A DNA stretch of 64,000 nucleotides from Acutalibacteraceae bacterium. GTDB taxonomy: Bacteria; Bacillota; Clostridia; Oscillospirales; Acutalibacteraceae. The stretch's first letter is position 1. Every line of letters begins with the position of its first letter. The position numbers and the translations under genes were made by a program. The notes under the pieces were generated by a model. It made no database searches and was not told the origin of the DNA. It saw only the letters and a program-made list of their open reading frames with translations. The DNA is taken from NCBI GenBank assembly GCA_045534425.1, contig JAZSJT010000087.1:1425-65424 (forward strand), written 5' to 3'. Below, piece after piece: positions 36,912-46,220 of this stretch.

Positions 36912-38258
36912 TTAGATAGCTCTGATAAGCTCCTGAATAAGAACATAAAGCAATGAACTGGTAAAAGCCTCGATGAACTTTTTGATGATGCTCTTGTTCT
37001 GTTCACTGAATTCAAGAGGTTCTTCACCGTTGTCTATTGTGAGAGCCTGTGTAACGGTCATACCGCCTTCGCTGATGATTTCAGCACGAACATAAAGGAA
37101 ATCCTCTGCACCGTCGATTGTGTCAAGGTCAAGTGTGAATTCGCCGTCAGTTATTGAACCCTTATAAATCACTTTACCGTTTGCAATCCACTGAATAGTT
37201 TCTGCATCAGTTGCTTCAACAGTAATCTTATGACCGTCAACTGCAACCTTTGTGAACATGGGATATGCGAGATCAGTGTTGGCAGCATCAATGGGCTTGT
37301 CGGGACCGATTTCAAAATCACTTGCTCTGAGACATCTTGTTGTGGAGAAGAATGCACCGTTTGTCATAGTTTCCTTGATGTGGTCAACATCGTTTTCCTT
37401 CATCATAAATGTCATAAAGGAAGTGTCGATATTGTTTTCATCGTGTGCATCGGTGTTAGCATAGCCGATGATTGTTTTTCCGTAGGGAAGAGCGTACATA
37501 AGCATATTGTCCCAAAGGACTCTGTCGTAGCCTGTCGGACCGTTATCCTCGTTGAATACCTCGATGCCGTAGCAGGAGTCATATTTAAGAATAATATCTG
37601 TAAGGAAGGCAATGTTTTCGGGATCGTTTACTGCATCGGGATTGGAGTTTGAATCAAGCCAGTCGCCGGGGTGGTTGATGTGGGAAATGCCGCCGTGTTC
37701 GTGGGTAAATTTAACAGCTGCTTCAAAAGCATTTTCACCGCCGCGGAAGCCTGTGCCGACACCTTCGGGAAGGAAGTAGCCGTTAACGTGGCACTTTGTG
37801 AGAGTAAGGTCGTTGAGCTCGTTAGCACCAACAACGCAAGTCATTTTTTTGCCTCTGTTATTATATGTGCCGGTGATCATACCCTCGTATTCTTCATCTG
37901 TAAGAGTTGTCATCTTGTTTCCGAGAATGTACTGATAATTGTAAAGGATAGGATATTTGGGTGCTCTGTTCCATTCAACACCCGTTACACCGTGGTCAGC
38001 GTTAGCAAGGAAGTCGAAGCCCTTATCGTAGTATGCCTTGACCATTGTGGCAAGGTCAACATCTGCATCAGAATAAGTTGAATGAGAATGAAGAGTGCCT
38101 CTGTATGCACCCCAAGCACCGTCACCGTCCCAGATAACATCCTCATAAGGTGAAACGATAGCATAGTCGTTTTCTGCGGCAGTTACCGCGAAAGCACCGA
38201 AGGGTAAAATCATCAGAGCAGTTAATAAAAAGCATAGTAATTTTTTTGTGTTTTTCAT
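36912..38258 (-). CDS. secreted PHP-domain metallohydrolase (CehA/McbA-like), paralog 1
   Basis: Signal peptide. PHP metal motifs LHSHSTYSDA, DHG, ISHINHPGDW and TDAHD. Clear similarity to the 53277-54812 product. Confidence 0.65.
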   Translation of the reverse strand: MKNTKKLLCFLLTALMILPFGAFAVTAAENDYAIVSPYEDVIWDGDGAWGAYRGTLHSHSTYSDADVDLATMVKAYYDKGFDFLANADHGVTGVEWNRAPKYPILYNYQYILGNKMTTLTDEEYEGMITGTYNNRGKKMTCVVGANELNDLTLTKCHVNGYFLPEGVGTGFRGGENAFEAAVKFTHEHGGISHINHPGDWLDSNSNPDAVNDPENIAFLTDIILKYDSCYGIEVFNEDNGPTGYDRVLWDNMLMYALPYGKTIIGYANTDAHDENNIDTSFMTFMMKENDVDHIKETMTNGAFFSTTRCLRASDFEIGPDKPIDAANTDLAYPMFTKVAVDGHKITVEATDAETIQWIANGKVIYKGSITDGEFTLDLDTIDGAEDFLYVRAEIISEGGMTVTQALTIDNGEEPLEFSEQNKSIIKKFIEAFTSSLLYVLIQELIRAI

Positions 38259-38293
38259 TTTATCTTTTTCCTCCTGTGGTATTTATTAATAAT

Positions 38294-38322
38294 ATAATAC
38301 TAAATATTAAATAATAAGTCAA
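38294..38322 (-). promoter_or_regulatory. sigma-A-type promoter for PHP paralog 1
   Basis: On the minus strand: TTGACT (38322-38317), 17-nt spacer, TATTAT (38299-38294). Confidence 0.5.
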
Positions 38323-38334
38323 TAAATTTGTACA

Positions 38335-38901
38335 TTATTCTTCAGGGAGTTTTTCAGGATCGGGAAGATCCACAACTGTAAATTCTCTTCCCATTGCAGG
38401 AATAATAATATTAATAAGATCGTCAGTTGAAATCTTAAGGGTGGATGTATTTATGCAGGGGTGAACACCGATATAAGGGAGTGACAGAAGCTCCTTATCA
38501 ATAAGAAGCTTAACCTCTTTTTCACTGTCATTTAAAAGTCCCATAACACTGACTGAGCCCGGGGTTATATCAAGATACTTTTCCAGATTTTCGGCTGAAC
38601 CGAAGGAAAGTCTTGAAGAATTTATCTGCTTTGACAAAAATTTTGTTTTGAAAGCTTTTTTTCCGGGCATAAGAAGAAGATAAAATGAGGTCGCTTGTGA
38701 ATTACATAAAAACAGGTTTTTACATATATCGGCACCGAGCTTTTCTTCTATTTTTCTGCAGATTTCCATAGTGTCTGCCGTGTCGTGGTCAAGTCCCGAG
38801 AATTCAATTTCTGCAGAATCAAGAAAATCATAAACCTTTATTTCTTTTTGAAGTCTTCCCTTTGTGTCGGGAGTGCCGATGAAAAGTTCAGATATGTTCA
38901 T
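38335..38901 (-). CDS. YbaK/ProX-type aminoacyl-tRNA editing domain protein
   Basis: 188 aa. Motifs CKNLFL, FYLLLMPG and ITPGSVSVMGL are typical of prolyl-tRNA-synthetase-associated domains. Confidence 0.6.
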   Translation of the reverse strand: MNISELFIGTPDTKGRLQKEIKVYDFLDSAEIEFSGLDHDTADTMEICRKIEEKLGADICKNLFLCNSQATSFYLLLMPGKKAFKTKFLSKQINSSRLSFGSAENLEKYLDITPGSVSVMGLLNDSEKEVKLLIDKELLSLPYIGVHPCINTSTLKISTDDLINIIIPAMGREFTVVDLPDPEKLPEE

Positions 38902-39791
38902 TCTATAATGTCCTCTGCTATTTTTATCAGTTTTTTGAAACGGTGATTAACGCCTGATACAGTAAGCTTCTGCGGTAAGAGCTTTGCAATCTCAGAATTG
39001 CTCAATTCGGGATTTTTCAATCTTAACTGTGCAATTTCCTTGAGCTCGGGGGGAAGTGATTCAAATTTATTCTTTTCAATAATAAGATTTATGGCATCAC
39101 TCTGTTTTCCCGCCGCTTTGATTGTTCTTATAAGATTTGCCTTATCGCAGTTTACCTGTCTGTTGACATTGTTTATTACTTCTTTTTCAATTTTTGTGTT
39201 CATATAAAGCATTGAGTGATTTCCCGCTCCTATTATAGCCAGGATATCTTCAATGTCAGTCGAATTTTTGAAATACACAGTATATGAACCGCCTCTTTGT
39301 GTGACTTTAGGGCTTGGCTCAAATTCATCAAAAATCTTTGCAAGGTCATCGCACAGTCCTTTTGTTGATACTGCAAATTCAAGATGATATTCCTTTTCAG
39401 GATCGGTTACAGTACCGCAGGAAAGAAAAACCCCGCTTAAAAAAGCATTGAAGCAACAGGGATTCTGAAGATTTGCAAAATTTACTCTTTTTTTTATTTT
39501 ATCACAATCGTTTCCGAATTTTTTAAATATTTCCGAAAGAATTTTTTTATCCTGTACCGAAACCTTATACTTTCCGCCGTCTGTCTGCACAGGTGTTATT
39601 TTTTGTTCTGTCAGAAAGCTTATTGCATCGCAATAATACAGTGCAATATCTTCATTTTCTGTCAGAAGGGATATTTCGTTTTCAGAAAAAGCCCTGCCGA
39701 AAAGCAGGAGCCCGTAGCTGCGGGCATGCTTACAGCAGGGAGATAATTCAGACGACAATAATTCTGTTTTTACATCGCGTGAAAATGACAT
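38898..39791 (-). CDS. whiA: DNA-binding protein WhiA
   Basis: MSFSRDVKTEL... N-terminus, LAGLIDADG-like middle region, C-terminal HTH (LSNSEIAKLL...SGVNHRFKK). Confidence 0.85.
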   Translation of the reverse strand: MSFSRDVKTELLSSELSPCCKHARSYGLLLFGRAFSENEISLLTENEDIALYYCDAISFLTEQKITPVQTDGGKYKVSVQDKKILSEIFKKFGNDCDKIKKRVNFANLQNPCCFNAFLSGVFLSCGTVTDPEKEYHLEFAVSTKGLCDDLAKIFDEFEPSPKVTQRGGSYTVYFKNSTDIEDILAIIGAGNHSMLYMNTKIEKEVINNVNRQVNCDKANLIRTIKAAGKQSDAINLIIEKNKFESLPPELKEIAQLRLKNPELSNSEIAKLLPQKLTVSGVNHRFKKLIKIAEDIIE

Positions 39792-39794
39792 AAT

Positions 39795-40712
39795 TCAGTC
39801 CTCTAAAATTTCAACTTCGGGTTCAAGTAAAACATTGTGTTCCTTGTAAACGGTTTTTTTGATTTTATCCATAAGGGTTAAGACATCAAGGAATGTAGCA
39901 TTTCCCTTGTTTATAACGAAGCCCGCGTGTTTGGTGCTGACCTCGGCATCGCCGACAGCAGTGCCTTTGAGGCCGCATTCATCAATGTGTGCAGCGGCAT
40001 AACCTGTTTTCGGTCTTTTAAAGGTGCTTCCCGCACTGGCATCGGTATACGGCTGTGAGGCTTTTCTTTTAGCCATCAGTTCGTCCATTTTTGCTTTTAT
40101 TTCCTCCGGATTGCCTTCATTCAGCTTGAAAACCGCACCTGTTATAATTCTGCCGTTTTCCATGAAAGAAGTGTCACGGTATGAAAATCTGTAATTCTCT
40201 GCAGCTTCTTCTGTTATGTCTGTGCCGTCAGCTTTTATGCTTCTTACGGCATATATTGTATCCTTGATTTCACCGCCGTAGGCTCCGGCATTCATATATA
40301 CGGCACCGCCCACACTTCCGGGAATACCGTATGCAAATTCGAGACCTGTCAGCGAGTGCTTGAGTGCAAAGTTGCAGAGATTTATGAGGGATATACCCGC
40401 CCCGCAGGCAATAATACCGTCACCGAGATAAATAAGTTCGGTGAGCCCTCCCATAAGCTTTATTATAATTCCGTGAAGCCCGCTGTCACTTATAAGAACA
40501 TTGCTGCCGTTACCTAAAATATGAAAAGCCGTGCTTGTGTTTTTAGCATATTGAAGAATTTTACAAAGCACCTTTTCATTTGCGGGAATAACAAGAATTT
40601 CAGCAGGACCGCCAATTCTGAAAGAACAGTGATTTTTCAGAGGCTCGTCAAGTAATATTTTACATTCCTCATTTTTGAAATTCTCAGAGAATGATTTCTG
40701 TAAATCAGTCAT
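39795..40712 (-). CDS. murB: UDP-N-acetylenolpyruvoylglucosamine reductase
   Basis: FAD-binding FRIGGPAE and GNGSNVL, plus C-terminal GSTFKRP. Confidence 0.9.
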   Translation of the reverse strand: MTDLQKSFSENFKNEECKILLDEPLKNHCSFRIGGPAEILVIPANEKVLCKILQYAKNTSTAFHILGNGSNVLISDSGLHGIIIKLMGGLTELIYLGDGIIACGAGISLINLCNFALKHSLTGLEFAYGIPGSVGGAVYMNAGAYGGEIKDTIYAVRSIKADGTDITEEAAENYRFSYRDTSFMENGRIITGAVFKLNEGNPEEIKAKMDELMAKRKASQPYTDASAGSTFKRPKTGYAAAHIDECGLKGTAVGDAEVSTKHAGFVINKGNATFLDVLTLMDKIKKTVYKEHNVLLEPEVEILED

Positions 40713-40723
40713 ATATTTTCCTC

Positions 40724-41674
40724 TTATTCATCAAGAAGAGCGGCACCGATAATGCCTGCATCGTTGCCGAGCTCTGCGGCTACGAGCTGAGTTTGCTTTT
40801 TAGCGTGTATGGAATAGACTTCTGATTTGAGAAGTTTTCTTACGGGACCGAGAAGGTTTTCTTTTTCATTACCTACACCGCCGCCGACACAAACCATATC
40901 GGGCTGGAAGGTATTTATAATGTTGCCGATACCGCAAGCAAGCATGGCAGCATAATTATTCACAACTGCCTGTGCTGCAGCATCGCCCTTTCTCATAGCA
41001 TCAAATGCTGTTCTGCCGTTGACCTTGTTTATGTCATCGTTTGCAATATCCCACATAAGAGAATTATAGTTTTTTTTCATCGCATCTTTTGTCTGTGAGA
41101 TAAGAGCAGTTGCAGATGAATATTTTTCCCAGCAGCCTTTTCTTCCGCAGTTACACTGAAGACCGTCATAAACGATAACGGTGTGGCCCATTTCACCTGC
41201 AGCATAGTTAAGACCTGTTACAAGCTTGCCGTTTACAATAATGCCGCTTCCCACACCTGTGCCCAGAGTAATCATAATGAAATTCTGAACACCCTTGCCG
41301 CAGCCTGCAACTGCTTCGCCGAGTGCGGCACAGTTTGCATCGTTATCAAAATATACATTCTGAATGCCCAGACGCTCTCTCAAAAGCTTGTAGGAGGGGA
41401 CATTGTCAAAGCCGAGATTGTTTGCAAATTCAATGAGCCCTTCACTCTTATTAACTGAACCGGGTGTGCCTACACCGACGGAAATGACATCATCGTTTGT
41501 TATATGAATCTGGCTCATAGCTTCCTTTACCGCATCAGCCATATCATCGAAAATGCCTTCTGCTGCTCTGGGAGCATTTGTTTTTCTTGAAGCCTTAGCC
41601 ACTATTTTGTTGTTTTCGTCGATAATACCTACAACGATATTTGTTCCTCCGAGATCTACACCAATTCTGTACAT
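40724..41674 (-). CDS. glcK: ROK-family glucokinase
   Basis: GVDLGGTN, EMGH and the zinc motif CNCGRKGCWE. Confidence 0.8.
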   Translation of the reverse strand: MYRIGVDLGGTNIVVGIIDENNKIVAKASRKTNAPRAAEGIFDDMADAVKEAMSQIHITNDDVISVGVGTPGSVNKSEGLIEFANNLGFDNVPSYKLLRERLGIQNVYFDNDANCAALGEAVAGCGKGVQNFIMITLGTGVGSGIIVNGKLVTGLNYAAGEMGHTVIVYDGLQCNCGRKGCWEKYSSATALISQTKDAMKKNYNSLMWDIANDDINKVNGRTAFDAMRKGDAAAQAVVNNYAAMLACGIGNIINTFQPDMVCVGGGVGNEKENLLGPVRKLLKSEVYSIHAKKQTQLVAAELGNDAGIIGAALLDE

Positions 41675-41712
41675 AAAATATATCCTCCTGAAAATAAATT
41701 ACTTAATATTAG

Positions 41713-42681
41713 TTAATGCCAAACCTCAAGAACATTCGGTTTTGAAGGAGCGTCATTGTCGTCTTCCATACCGAGGCTCTTCAAGAGTTCTTTTGTTGCA
41801 TTGTAGCCCATTCGCTTCTGGCGGTTATTCATAGCTGCACATTCTATTATGATTGCAAGGTTTCGTCCGGGCTTTACGGGAACTGTTATTGCAGGGATTT
41901 TTATTCCGAGAATGTCCATATATTCCTCTTCAAGGCCGAGGCGGTCATAAACCTTGTTTTCATCCCACAGCTCAAGATTGATAATAATATCTATCTTTTC
42001 TGTCATCTTAACCGCACCTATACCGAAGAGGTTGCGGGCATTGATTACACCGACACCGCGAAGCTCCATAAAATGACGGATGTTTTCGGGGGCAGTGCCT
42101 ACCAGGCTTTTAGATGAAACTCGCCGTATTTCAACTGCATCGTCGGCAATAAGACGGTGTCCTCTGTTTATAAGCTCGATTGCCGTTTCACTTTTTCCGA
42201 CTCCGGAGTTGCCCACTATAAGAACACCCTCGCCGTATACCTCAACGAAAACGCCGTGGCGGGTAATTCTTTCTGCAAGCTCAACACCTAAAAACGAAAT
42301 CAAAGTTGACATTGAGCCTGATGTTGAATCTGCCGACTGAAGAACGGGAACCTCGTGTTTTTTTGCAAGAGTCATAAAGTCCTCGGCGGGTTCAATGCTT
42401 CTTGTGCTGATAATACAGCTGGGATTATATGAAAAGAAGTGCTCAAGACACTGTGCCCTCTTTTCTTTTGTCAGGCTGTCAATAAAACCGAATTCTGTGA
42501 GTCCGAAGAACTGAATTCGGCTCGGATCAAAGAAATCGTGATAGCCTGCAAGGATAAGACCGGGACGGTTTACATCCTTTGATGTGATAGATATTTTATT
42601 CAGTTCTTTCGGAGAATAAAGCACTTCAAGTGCATTTTTTTCAACAAGCTTCTGAAGTGAAACCGAATATTCCTGTGACAT
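41713..42681 (-). CDS. hprK: HPr kinase/phosphorylase
   Basis: Walker A GNSGVGKSETAIEL and signature RGHRLIADD. Confidence 0.92.
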   Translation of the reverse strand: MSQEYSVSLQKLVEKNALEVLYSPKELNKISITSKDVNRPGLILAGYHDFFDPSRIQFFGLTEFGFIDSLTKEKRAQCLEHFFSYNPSCIISTRSIEPAEDFMTLAKKHEVPVLQSADSTSGSMSTLISFLGVELAERITRHGVFVEVYGEGVLIVGNSGVGKSETAIELINRGHRLIADDAVEIRRVSSKSLVGTAPENIRHFMELRGVGVINARNLFGIGAVKMTEKIDIIINLELWDENKVYDRLGLEEEYMDILGIKIPAITVPVKPGRNLAIIIECAAMNNRQKRMGYNATKELLKSLGMEDDNDAPSKPNVLEVWH

Positions 42682-42682
42682 A

Positions 42683-43342
42683 TCAGTCAGCCCTCCTTAT
42701 AAGATTGGGCTTTACGTCATATGTTTTGTTCTTTTCTACCGTAACCTTAGTGCCGTTAGTGAGGGTAACTTCAATATTGTTGTCACTGTAATTTGTGATG
42801 ATCGCGGTTGAATTTCTGACAAGAATCTTTTCTACAGAGCCTTCGTGAATGTTCACTGTACAGTCTTTTCCCGTTATGTAAACTGCTCCCGTTTCGTGCT
42901 TCAGGTCACAGGTGATACCGGTGCCTTCAATAACAATACTGTCTGCTTTTGCATTAGCAGTAAAGCCTTTGTCTGCCTGCATAAGAACAACATTTGAAAC
43001 AGGGGAGCTGACTGTAACAGTGCCGGGAGTTTTTATTGAAACTGTTTTGTCGATTTTTTCACTGTGTTCTATTGTCACATTATCCGTACCGTAGAATGAA
43101 ACTACTTTAATTTCGGGATTGAGAAGATTTTTGTTGAAAGCCTCGGTTGTTGCAGCAGATTTTGCGGATTCTGCTGCAGAAATCTGTTCGTCTATGTGAG
43201 AAAAGTCATCTTTTATATTAACAGAATCAGAATCACTTTTCAGCGTTGCTTCTTCGCCTTTATCTTTTATAAGATTGCAGCCCGAAAGCAGAGCTGCAAA
43301 TAACAGGCAGACAAATATAAGTGAAAGTGCTTTTTTTGTCAT
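42683..43342 (-). CDS. hypothetical lipoprotein
   Basis: Lipobox LLSGC followed by a beta-rich body. Confidence 0.55.
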   Translation of the reverse strand: MTKKALSLIFVCLLFAALLSGCNLIKDKGEEATLKSDSDSVNIKDDFSHIDEQISAAESAKSAATTEAFNKNLLNPEIKVVSFYGTDNVTIEHSEKIDKTVSIKTPGTVTVSSPVSNVVLMQADKGFTANAKADSIVIEGTGITCDLKHETGAVYITGKDCTVNIHEGSVEKILVRNSTAIITNYSDNNIEVTLTNGTKVTVEKNKTYDVKPNLIRRAD

Positions 43343-43423
43343 ATGAATTGCTCCTTGGAAAAATTAGCCTTTAATCAGAATAATGCCGGAGAAAAACTCC
43401 GGCATCAGTGTTTGGTGAACCTA

Positions 43424-44539
43424 TTAGGCTACTGTGGTTTCTTCTGCTGAAGTTTCTTCAGAGATTTCTGTTGTTTCTTCTTCTGTGGTTTCTTCAGAAA
43501 CTTCTTCAGCTAAAGTTGTTTCTTCTGCTGTTGTTGTATCCTCTGCAGTTGTTTCTTCAACAGCTGTAGTTTCATCAGTGTTTTCTTCTGTAGCTTCTTC
43601 TGAGGGATATGTGAATTCATAGCCTGTTGTCATTGTAAGGTCAAATACAACAACAATTTCACCGTAAGAAGCGAGAGAGCCCACACCTTCTGCCTTTGCG
43701 GTAACTGTCATATTTTTCTGGAAATTGATGAAAGAAACAGCTTCATTTTCAATATCGGCATCTGTTGTTACAAAGCAGTTCTTGTATTCGATTTCATAAT
43801 CGGAAACAACGATATAATCCTTTACTGCTTCAAAGTTTTTGAGAACGGTTTCTTTATCCTTGTTTGAACCGAAAATGCTTTCGATTGTTGCATCTTCTGC
43901 ATAAATAACTGTTGTTTCCTCAACTGCTTCGCCGTTTTCATTTGTTACGGCTTCACCGATTGCTGAAATTTCATTTGTGAAATAGTTGAATGTAAGATGA
44001 AGAATATTGTCCTTGATTTTTTCTTCTGTGATTGCGTTGCCGTCATCGTCAAGAAGATTGTTTCCCTTTGCATCTGTAACATTTTCAACTGCGATATTTC
44101 TGTTGAATTCGAGACCGAGAACAGAAGCTTCATCAATCTTTGAAAGGAGAGAAGCTGCTATGTCCTTTGCTTCTGCTCCTTCGGGAGCACCCTTAACAAA
44201 AGCCTCGGAGCTGCCGGGATTTGCAGACATAATGAAGGTTTTGAGCTGATTTGCTGCCGCATCAAGAACGCCTGCTTCCTCTTCACCCTTTAATACATCG
44301 GGTTTGCCTGCAGAATAGCTTACATTTTCTTTAATAACCTCTGCCTTATCAATTGAAGCGACGAGAATTTCATTATACTGTTCAATTAACTGTGCTTCTT
44401 CGGGAGTTGCATAAATTGTTGTCTGGGAAGCTTCAAGTGCATTCTGACGCATATTTTCAAAAATTGAACAGGATGAGAAAGAAAGAGCAAGAAGTGTGAT
44501 TAACATAAAAGAAATTACTGTTTTAAATGACTTTTTCAT
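43424..44539 (-). CDS. hypothetical lipoprotein with an acidic E/T-rich C-terminal tail
   Basis: Lipobox LSFSSC. About 60 aa at the C-terminus are almost entirely E, T and A. Confidence 0.55.
   Translation of the reverse strand: MKKSFKTVISFMLITLLALSFSSCSIFENMRQNALEASQTTIYATPEEAQLIEQYNEILVASIDKAEVIKENVSYSAGKPDVLKGEEEAGVLDAAANQLKTFIMSANPGSSEAFVKGAPEGAEAKDIAASLLSKIDEASVLGLEFNRNIAVENVTDAKGNNLLDDDGNAITEEKIKDNILHLTFNYFTNEISAIGEAVTNENGEAVEETTVIYAEDATIESIFGSNKDKETVLKNFEAVKDYIVVSDYEIEYKNCFVTTDADIENEAVSFINFQKNMTVTAKAEGVGSLASYGEIVVVFDLTMTTGYEFTYPSEEATEENTDETTAVEETTAEDTTTAEETTLAEEVSEETTEEETTEISEETSAEETTVA
43427..43610 (-). repeat. degenerate in-frame tandem repeats encoding the E/T-rich tail
   Basis: Reiterated gtttcttc/tgtttcttc units on the + strand, equivalent to GAAGAAAC on the coding strand. 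Confidence 0.6.
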
Positions 44540-44674
44540 TAGTATTCGGCTCCTTTTTAATTATACATTTAGAAGTATAGCAGAAAAAAATAAATTTTGC
44601 AATATATATATTAATAATATATATAAATAAAACATAAAAATATCATATACCGCTTTTGTGGATAATTTACAATG

Positions 44675-44706
44675 CAAAAACGGCATCACCCTTGCGGGGG
44701 ATGCCG
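44675..44706 (-). terminator. intrinsic terminator
   Basis: Hairpin cggcatcaccc...ggggatgccg. The plus-strand A-run at 44676-44680 is the U-run on the minus strand. Confidence 0.7.
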
Positions 44707-44715
44707 TGGGAAGAC

Positions 44716-45972
44716 TTATTCGTAAGAGTCCTGAAGTCCCTTTTCGTCGAAAAGAAAAACAGTTTCGAGAGCAACCTGAAGACCTTTTTCAATTGTTTTA
44801 AGATTAAGAATGTCTGCTCTGTCATCTCTTGTGTGATAGTATTTGGGAGGACCGGGATTCATTGCGGCAAAGGTTGTTGCGTGAACGCCGCCCTGTGTCA
44901 TAGCAGCAGCATCTGATGCACCTGCAAATACAACGGAATATTTAAGGTCAATATCAGCATTTTTTCCGCCCTGCTTGAGAAGTCTGCAGGCTTTTTCACT
45001 GTGCTTTGTGATACCTGACATATCGCGGTTATAAATAAACATATCTTCATAGTCGGTTATTGTATCAAATGCTATGAAAACTGTTTCAATTTCCGAATCT
45101 TTTTTGAATTCGGGGTGAAGCTTTGCTGCAGCCTTTGCACCTCTGAGACCTTCTTCTTCAGCACCTGAGAACATAGCAATGACTTCGGTGTTTTCAAATC
45201 TTATATTGTTGTCTCCGAGGAATTTAAGAACTGCGGCACCTGTCATACAGCCTGTAAGGTTATCGTTTGCACCGTCAACACAGACTTTATAGTTCATGAA
45301 TATAACAAGTCCGATATAGCCGGGGATAAATGCACAGCCTATAAATGCAAGAACAGGATAGAATTCACCTGTTACAAGCATATATATTGTAGTTACAACT
45401 GTATATGCGAGACCGACTGCAGGATATATGTACGCAATATACATAAGAGGTGCACCGCCCAGATGTGTGAAACGCCATTCGATAGAAGAGTCGGCATGGC
45501 CTGCGAGAATTATTCTTCTTTTTACTTCGCCTGTGGGTTTTCTTATGCAATAGGTGTTGTGTGAATCAAGCTTTTTGAAAAACGGGTCAATAACGGGTTT
45601 GTAGAAAAGGAATTCGCCAAACAGCATAATTGCTGTAAGCACACAGCAAGCTGCTGAAATGTAGGGAGCAAAAAATAAATCCTTGAAAAAGACATTCAAA
45701 ATACCTGCAGCAACTGAAATGAGAAGCAGTATTCCGCCCAGTCTCAACCATGCAAGGAATGCACGGTGCGAAATTTTAAATGTTTCCTGCTTTACTTCAT
45801 CTGCGGCATCACCAACCTGTGCTGCCATAAAATTCTGGGCATCAAGCTCTGCCTGAGTCCCTGCTTCTCTGGGGCCTATTTCACTGCACACTTTTTTTAT
45901 TGTACGTGCAGAAAAATTGGCATACATACGAAGCCCTGATTTGAAATTCGGTATACTTTCCGAAGCTCTCAT
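44716..45972 (-). CDS. membrane-embedded M28-family metallopeptidase
   Basis: M28 motifs GHADS, DGANDNLTG, EEEGLRGA and YHTRDD, interrupted by several TM helices. Start ATG 45972, behind AGGAG. Confidence 0.7.
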   Translation of the reverse strand: MRASESIPNFKSGLRMYANFSARTIKKVCSEIGPREAGTQAELDAQNFMAAQVGDAADEVKQETFKISHRAFLAWLRLGGILLLISVAAGILNVFFKDLFFAPYISAACCVLTAIMLFGEFLFYKPVIDPFFKKLDSHNTYCIRKPTGEVKRRIILAGHADSSIEWRFTHLGGAPLMYIAYIYPAVGLAYTVVTTIYMLVTGEFYPVLAFIGCAFIPGYIGLVIFMNYKVCVDGANDNLTGCMTGAAVLKFLGDNNIRFENTEVIAMFSGAEEEGLRGAKAAAKLHPEFKKDSEIETVFIAFDTITDYEDMFIYNRDMSGITKHSEKACRLLKQGGKNADIDLKYSVVFAGASDAAAMTQGGVHATTFAAMNPGPPKYYHTRDDRADILNLKTIEKGLQVALETVFLFDEKGLQDSYE

Positions 45973-46140
45973 AAAAAATCTCCTTTTAATAAGCATATTA
46001 ACAAAAATTTTATCACATTTTCCAACACTTGTCGAGAATAAAACTCCATAAACATAATAAAAAATATTGTAAATATTCAACAAAAAAGGTTAATTTTTAT
46101 TTGAAAATTAATTTTGCCGACAAAAAATACATATTTTGTA

Positions 46141-46190
46141 TGAGAAAAACAGTTCAGGTCTGCCAAATAAGTAAACCGGAACTGTTTTTC
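46141..46190. terminator. terminator hairpin downstream of the SASP gene
   Basis: Arms aaaacagttc (46146-46155) and gaactgtttt (46179-46188), T-rich on both sides, with a long loop. Confidence 0.45.
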
Positions 46191-46220
46191 TTTATTTATG
46201 AAGATATTCCGCAAAGGAGA

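Noticed and set aside
37230-38081. ORFs of 140 and 136 aa (+) antisense to PHP paralog 1, with similar ones at 54204-54605
   Set aside because: The minus-strand frames carry the conserved PHP motifs and signal peptides. The antisense products are Cys/Val-rich with no RBS.
44657-44665. Perfect DnaA box TGTGGATAA in an AT-rich intergenic region
   Set aside because: It is a single occurrence. A specific 9-mer in either orientation is expected about once per 130 kb by chance, and there are no additional boxes nearby.
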